A DNA stretch of 64,000 bases from Candidatus Bathyarchaeota archaeon (lineage in GTDB: Archaea; Thermoproteota; Bathyarchaeia; TCS64), in NCBI GenBank assembly GCA_043826455.1, contig JBDRQD010000048.1, forward strand, positions 209,341 to 273,340, written 5' to 3'. Under the pieces are notes generated by a model that was not told the origin of the DNA, searched no databases, and was given only the letters and a program-made list of their open reading frames with translations. A program made the translations under genes and the position numbers. Below, in pieces: positions 49,883-59,184 of this stretch. The stretch's first letter is position 1, and every line of letters starts with the position of its first letter.

Positions 49883-50601
49883 GAGAGAAATATAAAAGAA
49901 TAATACATGATGATTTTTTAAATGTAATATTCTACTATGATAATTTAACAAGTGATCAAAACTTATCATCGTATTATTCATTATTATTAAAATCAGTGCA
50001 TGATTTTGCGTTTACCATCTGTATTTTGGTTGATAACGCCCATTCTCCAATCCATTCAATGCCGTATTTACTTCAAATGAAATCGAGCACAATTCAAATG
50101 GTGGCGTCCATCGCTCAATTCAATCATTCTTCGTATAAACTACATCAAAGGATCGTTCTTGAAAATCTTTTAAGATATATTTACTATTATCATCATGAGA
50201 TTGAGCATATATCTGTTCAAATAGATCCATCCAAATATAATACGATTAGACATTTATTTGATTATTTGTACAACCATCCATTTTTAAAATTATTCAATAA
50301 TCCTGATCTAATAAAAAATACTATTGGAAATTTGGATACATATTATAAAATGATAAGTAAGGAGATACATAAAAGCACGATTAAAGAAATGAGCATAATC
50401 ACATCACTTTCTGAAATTACTTTTCCACATGATAAAATAACTGAAGAAATTGATGTTCTTATAAAAATGTTAGACGATATAGTTTTTATAATGTATTGTT
50501 TTAACAATAGTGATTATATTGCTCTTCCTTTTGAGGAAAAAATATATTTATTAAAGAAAATTAGTCGAGAAAAAAGGCGTTTAGTAAATAAATTAGTTTA
50601 G
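49870..50601 (+). CDS. Helical hypothetical protein, HEPN-like
   Basis: R..LE (QRIVLEN) and Y..IS..IH (YKMISKEIH) pattern; start uncertain. Confidence 0.5.
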   Translation: MYRLGEKYKRIIHDDFLNVIFYYDNLTSDQNLSSYYSLLLKSVHDFAFTICILVDNAHSPIHSMPYLLQMKSSTIQMVASIAQFNHSSYKLHQRIVLENLLRYIYYYHHEIEHISVQIDPSKYNTIRHLFDYLYNHPFLKLFNNPDLIKNTIGNLDTYYKMISKEIHKSTIKEMSIITSLSEITFPHDKITEEIDVLIKMLDDIVFIMYCFNNSDYIALPFEEKIYLLKKISREKRRLVNKLV

Positions 50602-50928
50602 ATTGAGACGCGCTCGCAGTTATTAAATTAATTTAAAAATACTTCATGAAAGGGTATCCCGCCTATAAAGAAAAACATCGATTAAAATTATAGTGAAAAA
50701 GGCTAATAAAAATTTGGTAATCAATAAGATGAAAATTATTTCATATTGCGTACGCGTCATTGATCTCCTTGTTCTTGTCACTGTCAAGGATGGTCTCATT
50801 GTAGCTGTCGTTGAAATAGTTTCTATTTATTAAGATTATATTAAAGGAATTTAAAATACTGTCTATAATAAAATACTAACTATAAGATAAGAAAATCAAA
50901 ATAACGATTACAAGTAGCTTGTAACAAA

Positions 50929-51996
50929 CTAGAAGTGGCGGAAGCACCGCTCATCGGTGAACGCCATGGCGATCCCCGCCTCGTCACAAGCCTCGATGAC
51001 TTCCTTGTCCTGGACGCTACCCCCCGGCTGAACACACGCAGTCACACCGTGCACAGCCAGCAGGTCCACGCTGTCCCTGAAGGGGAAGAACCCGTCAGAG
51101 GCCAGAACAGAGCCAGCTACGGCGTTCGCGTGGCCTCTCATCTCCGCCTTCTCCAGAGCCAGCTTCACCGCCGTCACCCTGTCCTGCTGGCCTGTGCCGA
51201 CGCCGATGGTGGCCCCGTCCTTGCTCAGGACGACGCCGTTGCTGCGGACGTTCATGCACACGTACCAGCTGAACAGCAGGTCCTTAACCTCCTGCTCCGT
51301 CCCGTGCCTCACGGTGACCCACCTCAGGTCCTCTGGGCTCCTCACCTTTGTCAGCATAGGTGCCTGGAGCACCAGGCTGCCGTCCATCTGGACGCTGATG
51401 TCCAGGGGCTCAGGGGGGTCCCCCACCCACTTGCTGATCCCGTCGAGGCCCGTGACCTCCATGACCCTGATGTCCTTCTTCTGCTCAAAGTGCTCCATGC
51501 AGCCCGGCTCGTAGCCCGGCGCCACGACGGCCTCCACGTAGCTGCTCATTATCTCCTCAGCCGTGTCCGGGTCCACCACAGTGTTGAATCCCACGACGCT
51601 GCCGTACGCGGCCAAAGCGTCACAGTCCCTTGCCTTCCTGTAGACCTCCCTGAGGGGCTCACCCGGCCTGTTCCTGACAGCCGCCCCGCTGGGGTTCACA
51701 TGCTTCATGACGGCGCACGCCGGCTCCCTGAAGTAACTGACGATCCTCATGGCGTTGTTAACGTCCTCCACGTTGGTCATGCTGAGGCCGCTCTTACCCG
51801 TCTTAAGCAGCTTCAGGTCGCCTACAGTCAGGGGCCCCTCCGCGGGGCTGTAGAAGGCGGCGGGCTGGTGGGGGTTCTCCCCGTACCTGAGGCTCATCTT
51901 CTTCCTGTACAGCCTCTCCGAGCCGCCTATGATGATCCTTATCTCCTCGGGGAACTGTTCCTCGAGGGATGTCCGGTACTTTTTCCTCATGCTCAT
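50929..51996 (-). CDS. purH: AICAR transformylase part of PurH (stand-alone)
   Basis: LRYGENPHQ, MKHVNP, SNGVV, GTGQQDR, ASDGFFPFRD, QPGGS, RCFRH. Confidence 0.88.
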   Translation of the reverse strand: MSMRKKYRTSLEEQFPEEIRIIIGGSERLYRKKMSLRYGENPHQPAAFYSPAEGPLTVGDLKLLKTGKSGLSMTNVEDVNNAMRIVSYFREPACAVMKHVNPSGAAVRNRPGEPLREVYRKARDCDALAAYGSVVGFNTVVDPDTAEEIMSSYVEAVVAPGYEPGCMEHFEQKKDIRVMEVTGLDGISKWVGDPPEPLDISVQMDGSLVLQAPMLTKVRSPEDLRWVTVRHGTEQEVKDLLFSWYVCMNVRSNGVVLSKDGATIGVGTGQQDRVTAVKLALEKAEMRGHANAVAGSVLASDGFFPFRDSVDLLAVHGVTACVQPGGSVQDKEVIEACDEAGIAMAFTDERCFRHF

Positions 51997-52589
51997 AGTG
52001 CTTCCTCCAGGTAGCCCACTATGGCCTTATCGTAGGCCGCCGTCCGTTTGAAGGCTTCCAGGGCGTAGCGTCTCCTCAGCTCTGTGGTCAGCGCCCCCTT
52101 ATGCTTCTTAAGCATCTTAATTACCTCCGAGTACTGGGCCGGATCGGTCACTATGCAGGTCCTATCATATAGGATGCTAGCCTTGGCCGCGGACCTCACC
52201 ATGGCTGGGCCCCCGATGTCTATGTTGTGGCCCGCCGTCTCCAGGTCAGCGCCCCCAGCCACCACCTCCTCGAAGGGGTACAGGTTCACCACCACTAGGT
52301 CGATGGGCTTGACTCCGTTCTCCTCCATCCACCGCCTGTGCTCGGGGTCGTCCCAGTCCATGAGGAGACCGCCGTGGACCTTGGGGTGGAGGGTCTTCAC
52401 CAGTCCTCCTGGGCTCTCAGGGTGCCCGGTGTAGTCGCTCACCTCGACGAGCCGTTTATAGCCGAGCTCCTTGATGCGTCTGGCTGTGCCTCCGCTGCTG
52501 ATGATCTCCACATCGTATGCCCTCAGCGTCTCCACGAGCTCCTCTAAGCCGGACTTGTCGTAGACGCTGACCAGTGCCCTCTTGATCAA
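51993..52589 (-). CDS. purH: IMP cyclohydrolase (MGS-like) part of PurH (stand-alone)
   Basis: RALVSVYDK, SSGGTA, VKTLHP, VVNLYPF, IDIGGP, TAAYD. Confidence 0.88.
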   Translation of the reverse strand: MIKRALVSVYDKSGLEELVETLRAYDVEIISSGGTARRIKELGYKRLVEVSDYTGHPESPGGLVKTLHPKVHGGLLMDWDDPEHRRWMEENGVKPIDLVVVNLYPFEEVVAGGADLETAGHNIDIGGPAMVRSAAKASILYDRTCIVTDPAQYSEVIKMLKKHKGALTTELRRRYALEAFKRTAAYDKAIVGYLEEAL

Positions 52590-52673
52590 ACTCCACCACT
52601 CTGGTTAAGGCAATATGGCAGAGGCTAAAGCGTTTGCCTTACACCCGGCTGCAAAATTGTAAAGAAGAAATAA

Positions 52674-54845
52674 CTAGGGCGTGTGCTCCACGTAGACGGG
52701 GCTGCTCCAGGCTAAGGCGCCGTCGCATTGGGTTACTTTGATCCAGTATGGGTTGACGCCGCTCAGGATGTCCTTGTCTTTGATGGTGAACTCCAGGCTG
52801 CTGGGCAGAGGCCCCGCCGAGATGGCCTGAACTTTCACCCTCCTGTTCACGGGTCCCACCTCGACCACCAATGGCTCGTAGGTCATCTCGCTGGGCCGGA
52901 AAGTGAAGTTCACAGGCTCGCTGAAGAAGGTCACCTTGGCGTCCTCGGGTGCATCCAGACCAAGCAGCACTCCGTCCGAGTCTCCGCCGGTGGTGCTCCT
53001 CCACTCCAGCCTCTGATTGGTAACCCTTCTGACACCCTGGTCCAGGTAGTCGAAGCTGTACTCCTGATAGCTGCTGATCCTGCCCTTGTCGATGTAGAGG
53101 CCGCCGCCCCAGTTCACCCTCTTGGGCCTGCTCCTGACCCTGGCCCCCATCCACTCCACCTTAATCAGCCTATCACCGCCCCTGGGCTCCGCGAAGGGGT
53201 GTCTGAAGATGAGGTCTCTGCCTCTCATGACCTCCACCGCGTGCAGAGGCCTGGTCCCGTGGACCCTGACAGTTATCTCGGGCGACCCGCCTGTCCTGCA
53301 CTCTTCGCCCATCATGTGGCCGTCCACCCTGACGTCCAGGATGATCCTCTCCCCGGTGGTGGCGTAGGTTCTTCTGGCCCAGAAGGCCTCCCAGAGAGCC
53401 TCACGGGTGAGCTCCCTGGCGTAGACCCCCGTGTACCCCCCCTTAGTCTCGAAGGGGCCTGAGGGCAAGGTGAGCCCCGGCCTACAGGTGTGGTCGTCGC
53501 TGGCGGCCACGAACCCGACCCTGATGCCCCTGTCCAGGGCCTCCTCCAGGAGCCACTCGAAGGTACCGTGGTGGCTATGAACCTCTATGAGGGGCACCCT
53601 CTCCGCGTCCCAGTAGTCAAGGTTGGCGTGGCGGCCCCCCACGTGGCTTATGGCCATGACGTCCCGTCTCCCCCTGAACTCCTTCCAGAGCTCACTGATG
53701 GGGTATCTGTCCGTAGGCGCCCCCGTCTTGTCGGGTATCTGCCAGTGGTCGCTGCGGTGGATTTCCTCGTCGTCGCCCAGGAAGTAGATGTTGTGGTCTC
53801 CTCCGGCGGGGGTGAGGCCGCTCCACTCGTAGCCCAGGAAGGTGACGAACCTGCCGGGCTCATGGTACTTCCCAGTCTTCTCCTTGACCTCCCCCCAAAG
53901 CTCGTCGGTGACCTGGAAGTCGTTGCCCTGCCAGCCCCCGAAGTCCATGGCGGCCACGTCCCTGAGGAAGCTGAAGTACTCATCCAGAGTGCCTGTGCCC
54001 ACCGTCTCCTTGGTCTGGCCGTGCATGTCACCCCACAGGAGCCTATGCTCGGAGCGCTGCTTCTCCACCATGATGGGGTTGGACTCGGCGCAGAAGCCGC
54101 CGCCGTCGGAGACAGTCAACCTTTGGAGGCCCGGCCTCCTCAGCGCCAAGGTGAACCTGTGAGCTCCCAGGTCCTCATCGGTGAAATTGTAGGGCTTCAG
54201 AGGCTTATCCTCGGCTGTGATGGTCACTTCCCCGCGGTAGCCGTCGCATCTGTTGCCGAAGCTGTCCAGCGCCCTAGCCACCACGGTGAAGGGCTCACCT
54301 ACAACCGCCTCTGAGGGGGCCGCCACCTCGATGGACGCCGCCGGGCCCCCGACGATCCTTATGCTGGGCGAACCCGTGATCTCCTCGAAGAGGCCCGAGC
54401 CGAACGGGTCCACCAGAACCTGAAACATGTGCTCCTCCTCCCTGAAGCTCTGGTTCCTGATGCCGGGTGAGCCACGGCCCCTATCCCCGTAGACTATGGT
54501 GAGGGCATCCCCCTCATAGAGGCTGCCGTCGCGCACGTCCACCTGGAGGGCGGCCCTGAAGGGGCGGATGTGGCCGCGGTTACTGAAGAACTTCTCCAGC
54601 CTCACGTCCCTGCTCGCCGTCACCGTGGTGTAGCCCGGCTTCGCCGGGTCCTTGAACTGGGGGTCCTCCTCGTCGCTGACGCTCCGTCTCGCCACCCTGA
54701 TGCTTCCGCCGTCGTCGATCCCGTACCTGCCCACGTGGATTGTGAGCTTCCACGTGGAGTAGCTGCCAGCCACAGCGTCTTCAGCGGGCTCTAGCTCAGC
54801 CCAACCAAGCCACGACCTATCCAAACCTTGTCTCCACAGGAACAT
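52674..54845 (-). CDS. DUF3604-family (PHP-like) protein
   Basis: WGDMHGQ, FLGYEWS, GDHN, ASDDH, RRTYATTG, AWSSP. Confidence 0.8.
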   Translation of the reverse strand: MFLWRQGLDRSWLGWAELEPAEDAVAGSYSTWKLTIHVGRYGIDDGGSIRVARRSVSDEEDPQFKDPAKPGYTTVTASRDVRLEKFFSNRGHIRPFRAALQVDVRDGSLYEGDALTIVYGDRGRGSPGIRNQSFREEEHMFQVLVDPFGSGLFEEITGSPSIRIVGGPAASIEVAAPSEAVVGEPFTVVARALDSFGNRCDGYRGEVTITAEDKPLKPYNFTDEDLGAHRFTLALRRPGLQRLTVSDGGGFCAESNPIMVEKQRSEHRLLWGDMHGQTKETVGTGTLDEYFSFLRDVAAMDFGGWQGNDFQVTDELWGEVKEKTGKYHEPGRFVTFLGYEWSGLTPAGGDHNIYFLGDDEEIHRSDHWQIPDKTGAPTDRYPISELWKEFRGRRDVMAISHVGGRHANLDYWDAERVPLIEVHSHHGTFEWLLEEALDRGIRVGFVAASDDHTCRPGLTLPSGPFETKGGYTGVYARELTREALWEAFWARRTYATTGERIILDVRVDGHMMGEECRTGGSPEITVRVHGTRPLHAVEVMRGRDLIFRHPFAEPRGGDRLIKVEWMGARVRSRPKRVNWGGGLYIDKGRISSYQEYSFDYLDQGVRRVTNQRLEWRSTTGGDSDGVLLGLDAPEDAKVTFFSEPVNFTFRPSEMTYEPLVVEVGPVNRRVKVQAISAGPLPSSLEFTIKDKDILSGVNPYWIKVTQCDGALAWSSPVYVEHTP

Positions 54846-54884
54846 GGGACCGTGTAAATTAAAAACTAACCAAAGAAAGGTGGG

Positions 54885-56336
54885 TTAGAGGGTGCGGCCC
54901 GGGCCGGGGCGGAGGATGTCGTGGGGCGCCGCCTCCTGGGCCCCCCGCTCGGTGATGAGGGCCAGCCTGGCCTTCTCCCACATCTCCGGGATAGTAGAGG
55001 CCCCCACGTAGCCCATGGCCGCCTTAAGGCCGCCTGTGAACTCGCTTATTATGTCCTTCACGGGGCCGCGGTACGGGACCCAGCCCTCCACGCCCTCGCT
55101 GATGGTCTTGCTAGGGGCACTGTACCTGTCCTGAGCGTAACGCTTCTTCTTAGCCCTCTCGCTGCCCATACCGTAGTACTCCTTGTAGTAGCGGCCCTCC
55201 ATGGCGACGAGTCTTCCGGGGCTCTCGCGGCACCCCGCGAAGACGTTACCCATCATGGCGCAGCTGGCGCCCACGGCCATGGCCACCGCCACGTCGCCGG
55301 GGTTCCTCATGCCGCCGTCGGATATTATGGGTATGTCCGCGCCGTACTGCTTGACGGCGTCGGCCACCTGGCTGGTGGCGAATAGGGTCGGTGCGCCGGC
55401 CCTGGTCACCACGCTGGTGCTGCAGATGCTGCCGCTGCCTATGCCCACCCTGAGGCCGGCCACCCCGTCCAGCTGGGTGATGATGTCCTCTGCCGCCTTG
55501 AAGGTGCCTATGTTGCCCACGACCACCTCGGCGTTCACCTCCTTCAGTATCTGCTTGGTTGCCTCGAAGCAGTTGCTGTTGTGGAAGTGGCTCACGTCCA
55601 GGACCAGGATGTCCACGTACCTCTCCAAGGCCTGAGCCCTGGGCAGGTCGAAGGGGCTTATGGCGGCTGCGCATATGAGGCGGCCCTCCTCGTCCCTTAT
55701 GGCCTCCTGGTAGGTGCCCTTGAGGGTAATGTCCTTCATGGTTATGAGGCCCTTGACGCGGCGCTGATCATCTATTATCGGCAGCTTCTCTATCCTGTGC
55801 TCGTGGAGGATCTTCATGGCCTCCTCCAGGCCCGTCTCCTCTGTGCCCGTGATTACCTCCTCGGTCATCACGTCCCTCACCTTGAGTCTGCTCTCAGCCA
55901 GGCGGACGTCCCTCCACGTGACGATGCCCACCAGCCTGTCGTCCTGCTCGACGACGGGGAACCCCTTGATCTTGTGCTCCTCCATGAGCTTCAGCAGCTC
56001 CTCCACCGTGGTGTCGGGGCCAACGGTGACAACGTCCCTGATGATGACGGCCTCGGCCCGCTTCACCGAGCGGGCCATGTCCACCTCCTCCTTGGCGCTG
56101 CAGTTCCTGTGGAGCACGCCGAGGGCGCCCTCCCTGGCGAGGGCTATGGCCATCTCGGCCTCCGTGACCGTGTCCATGGGGGACGCGATGAAGGGTACGT
56201 TTACCTGAATATTTTTCGTGACCCTGGACTCGACATTGGCCTCGTTGGGCTCTAGGGTGGTCCAGCCGGGTAGAAGCAGAACATCGTTAAAGGTGAGGGC
56301 TTTTTCCGCATTCTCGAACTTGGAACGGAAACCCAT
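54885..56336 (-). CDS. guaB: IMP dehydrogenase
   Basis: LTFNDVLL, SPMDTVT, CBS pair, VGIGSGSICST, ISDGG, YYGMGS, EGVEG. Confidence 0.95.
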   Translation of the reverse strand: MGFRSKFENAEKALTFNDVLLLPGWTTLEPNEANVESRVTKNIQVNVPFIASPMDTVTEAEMAIALAREGALGVLHRNCSAKEEVDMARSVKRAEAVIIRDVVTVGPDTTVEELLKLMEEHKIKGFPVVEQDDRLVGIVTWRDVRLAESRLKVRDVMTEEVITGTEETGLEEAMKILHEHRIEKLPIIDDQRRVKGLITMKDITLKGTYQEAIRDEEGRLICAAAISPFDLPRAQALERYVDILVLDVSHFHNSNCFEATKQILKEVNAEVVVGNIGTFKAAEDIITQLDGVAGLRVGIGSGSICSTSVVTRAGAPTLFATSQVADAVKQYGADIPIISDGGMRNPGDVAVAMAVGASCAMMGNVFAGCRESPGRLVAMEGRYYKEYYGMGSERAKKKRYAQDRYSAPSKTISEGVEGWVPYRGPVKDIISEFTGGLKAAMGYVGASTIPEMWEKARLALITERGAQEAAPHDILRPGPGRTL

Positions 56337-56498
56337 TACTTACACCATTTTAAAGCCCTAACTCTCTTACGCGCTTAATATATCTTTGGGTTAAAGGGGA
56401 TTAAAAATTAACCTAAACGTGCAATAATTGGGTGGTTTAGGTCCGGGCCTCACCAGAAAATAATAACAGGCAGCCGCCGAAGTTATTGGGGAACCCGC

Positions 56499-58439
56499 AT
56501 GAGGATCGTTAAGACCATGTGCGCCCGGGACTGCCCCGACGCCTGCTTCCTGGACGTGGAGGTCCAGGAGGGCACCATAACCAAGGTCAAGGCCAGCGGC
56601 GAGAACCCCGTCACGGCTGGCATCACGTGCCCCAGGGCCCACGGCGACCCCCAGCGTGTGTACAGCATGAAGCGGGTCCTCAACCCCTACATCAGGCTGA
56701 GCAAAACGTCCACGGGGTTCAGGCTCGCCACATGGGACGAGGCCCTGGACCTTATAGCGTCCAAGCTGAAGGAGACCATCAAGACGCATGGCCCGGAGTC
56801 CGTCCTCCTCCTGGACTACGCCGGCAACACGGGCCTCATCACCTCAGGATTCAGCAAGCGCCTCTGGAACGCCCTGGGGGCCACCAGGACCGACTACACG
56901 GTGTGCAGCGCCTCGGGCCACGCCGCCCTGCAGCTCCACTACGGCCTAAGCTACGGTGTGGAGCCTGAGGAACTCCTGGACCGGCGCGTCATAGTGTTCT
57001 GGGGCTTCAACGCCAGGCACAGCTCGCCCCACATGTGGGCCATGGCCATGAGGGCCCGGAGGGAGAGGGACGCCGTCATCGTAGTGGTGGACCCCCGGAG
57101 GAGCGAGAGCGCCGACATGGCCGACCTGTGGCTCTACCCTAAGCCAGGCTCCGATGTGGCCCTCTGCTACGGCGTCGCCCGCCGCCTCATCACCGAGGGG
57201 CAGGTGGACCAAGGCTTCGTCGGAGCACACACCAGCGGCTACGAGACCTACAGGGATGAGGCCCTCAAGTGGGCACCAGAGAGGGTTGAACATGCAACGG
57301 GTGTCAAATGGGACGGGGTTGTGGAGCTGGCCTACGCCCTGGCCGAGCATAAGCCCCCGGTCTTCATGGTGGGGCTGGGCCTCCAGAAGAGCCTCGCGGG
57401 AGCCGAGGCCGTACGGGCCGTGTCCCTCCTCCCCGCCCTCGTGGGGCAGCACAGGGGCTTCTACTACACCAATAGCAGGGGCAGGTACCTGGGCGGAGAC
57501 ATGAGCGGCGACTCGTTGGCCGCCCACAAGCCGAAGGTGGTGAGCCAGATCAGCCTCGGAGAGAGGCTGGCCCGGGGCGAGTTCAAGTTCGTCTACGTCT
57601 TCGGCATGAACCCGGTCCTCACCCTCCCCGACAGCGGCAGCGTCGCTGAGGGGCTGAGGCGGGATGATGTTTTCCTGGCGGTCCATGAGACCCACATAAC
57701 GGAGACCAGTGACCATGCGGACGTGGTTCTGCCCGCTCCCACCTACCTGGAGAAGGACGATGTGGTCCTCTGTGACAGCCACACCTATGTGAGAAAGGCT
57801 TTCAAGGCGGTGGAGCCTGAGGGGCTGAGCCGGGACGAGGTGTGGGTCATGAGGGAGCTGGCCCGCCGCGTAGGCGTGAAGGAGCCCTGGGTCTACGCGG
57901 ACCCGTGGGCGGAGGCCGAGAGGGTGCTCAAGGACGCCTTCGCTGACGGTGGCTTCCGGGACTACCTGGAGGGGGCTCAGCTCAGGCTCAGGACAAGGCC
58001 CCGTGACCAGTACCAGACGCCCACGGGTAGGATAGAGTTCGCCTCCTCCGCGGCCCCGGAAGGGGTCACGGCTCTGCCCAGGCAGATTGAACTGAATGAG
58101 GCTCCGGGCGAACTCACATTGCTGACCAGCTCCGTCCCCAAGTACACCCACACCCAGTTCAGAGACGTCTACGGGGAGAATCTGACTGAGGCGTGGATAA
58201 ACCCACTGGACGCCGAGAGGAACGGCGTACGGGACGGTGACGCGGGCACCCTGGTGAACGAGTTGGGCCGCCTCGGCGTCACCTTCAAGGTCACTGATAG
58301 GGTCCGCCCTGGGGTCCTCTGGATGTCCAGGGAGCTGTTGGACGGGGAGGGAAGGCCACAGAACGGCCTCACCTCGGGCACCTCGCAGAAGATAGGCGGC
58401 GGCCCGGTGTTCAACTCTACCAGGGTCCGCGTCCTCTAG
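56499..58439 (+). CDS. Molybdopterin-dependent oxidoreductase
   Basis: CARDCPDAC..C Fe-S motif, VDPRRSE, ADVVLPA, TPTGRIEF, C-terminal MGD-binding domain. Confidence 0.88.
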   Translation: MRIVKTMCARDCPDACFLDVEVQEGTITKVKASGENPVTAGITCPRAHGDPQRVYSMKRVLNPYIRLSKTSTGFRLATWDEALDLIASKLKETIKTHGPESVLLLDYAGNTGLITSGFSKRLWNALGATRTDYTVCSASGHAALQLHYGLSYGVEPEELLDRRVIVFWGFNARHSSPHMWAMAMRARRERDAVIVVVDPRRSESADMADLWLYPKPGSDVALCYGVARRLITEGQVDQGFVGAHTSGYETYRDEALKWAPERVEHATGVKWDGVVELAYALAEHKPPVFMVGLGLQKSLAGAEAVRAVSLLPALVGQHRGFYYTNSRGRYLGGDMSGDSLAAHKPKVVSQISLGERLARGEFKFVYVFGMNPVLTLPDSGSVAEGLRRDDVFLAVHETHITETSDHADVVLPAPTYLEKDDVVLCDSHTYVRKAFKAVEPEGLSRDEVWVMRELARRVGVKEPWVYADPWAEAERVLKDAFADGGFRDYLEGAQLRLRTRPRDQYQTPTGRIEFASSAAPEGVTALPRQIELNEAPGELTLLTSSVPKYTHTQFRDVYGENLTEAWINPLDAERNGVRDGDAGTLVNELGRLGVTFKVTDRVRPGVLWMSRELLDGEGRPQNGLTSGTSQKIGGGPVFNSTRVRVL

Positions 58440-58476
58440 AGATAAATTTACAGGTGGCATGGCCCCAATCCATGCT

Positions 58477-59175
58477 ATGAGGTTCAGGGCAAAGGTTTTG
58501 GAGGGTTACCCCGGCGTTCACATAGGCGTCTTGGTTGGTAGAGGCTTGAAGAACGCGTCTATCCACCCCGCTGTGGAGGCGGCGAAGCGAGAAGCCCTGG
58601 AGGCTCTTCCGGGTAAGCTGGGGGACGGCCCAGCGAGCCGCCACCCCTTCATCGCCTCCTGGAGGGAAATGTACAGGAGCTTCGGCACCAAGGCGGGGGA
58701 CTACCGGCCCTCGGCTGAGGCCCTGGCCAGGAGAGCCCTGAAGGAGGGGGCTCTGCCCAGGATCAACTCGGCAGTGGACGCCTACAACGCCGTCTCGGTG
58801 AGGCACCTGGTGCCCATGGGGGGCTTCGACCTGGACCGGGTCAGAGGAGACATCGTTCTCAGGTGTTCGGAGGGCGGCGAGGAGTTCACACCCCTAGGGC
58901 CAGCGGCTGCCGAGGAGACATACCCGGGCGAGGTGGTGTACGCCGACGATGCCAGGGTTCTCACCAGGCGCTGGAACTACCGCGACTGCGAGGAGACCAA
59001 GATAACCGTGGGTACGGCGAACGTGGCCATGTTCGTGGACGGCTCACCGGCGATACCAAGGAGCGTCGTGGAGAACGCGTTAAATGACCTAGAGGAGCTG
59101 CTCAGGGTCTCCTGCGGCGGCGAGTACGGTTCCGCGGTGGCGTGCGATAAAATGAGGGAGGTAGCCCTCCTATAG
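58477..59175 (+). CDS. B3/4 domain protein (PheRS-beta editing-like)
   Basis: WREMY..FG, RPSAEAL, PRINSAVDAYN, GGFDLD, GEVVYAD, RRWNYRD. Confidence 0.85.
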   Translation: MRFRAKVLEGYPGVHIGVLVGRGLKNASIHPAVEAAKREALEALPGKLGDGPASRHPFIASWREMYRSFGTKAGDYRPSAEALARRALKEGALPRINSAVDAYNAVSVRHLVPMGGFDLDRVRGDIVLRCSEGGEEFTPLGPAAAEETYPGEVVYADDARVLTRRWNYRDCEETKITVGTANVAMFVDGSPAIPRSVVENALNDLEELLRVSCGGEYGSAVACDKMREVALL

Positions 59176-59184
59176 GCGGCTCCT

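Larger units (their letters stand above)
47900..50928. mobile_element. AT-rich genomic island (boundaries approximate)
   Basis: Abrupt drop to very low GC with AT-biased codons in three ORFs; ends at the purH stop. Confidence 0.75.
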
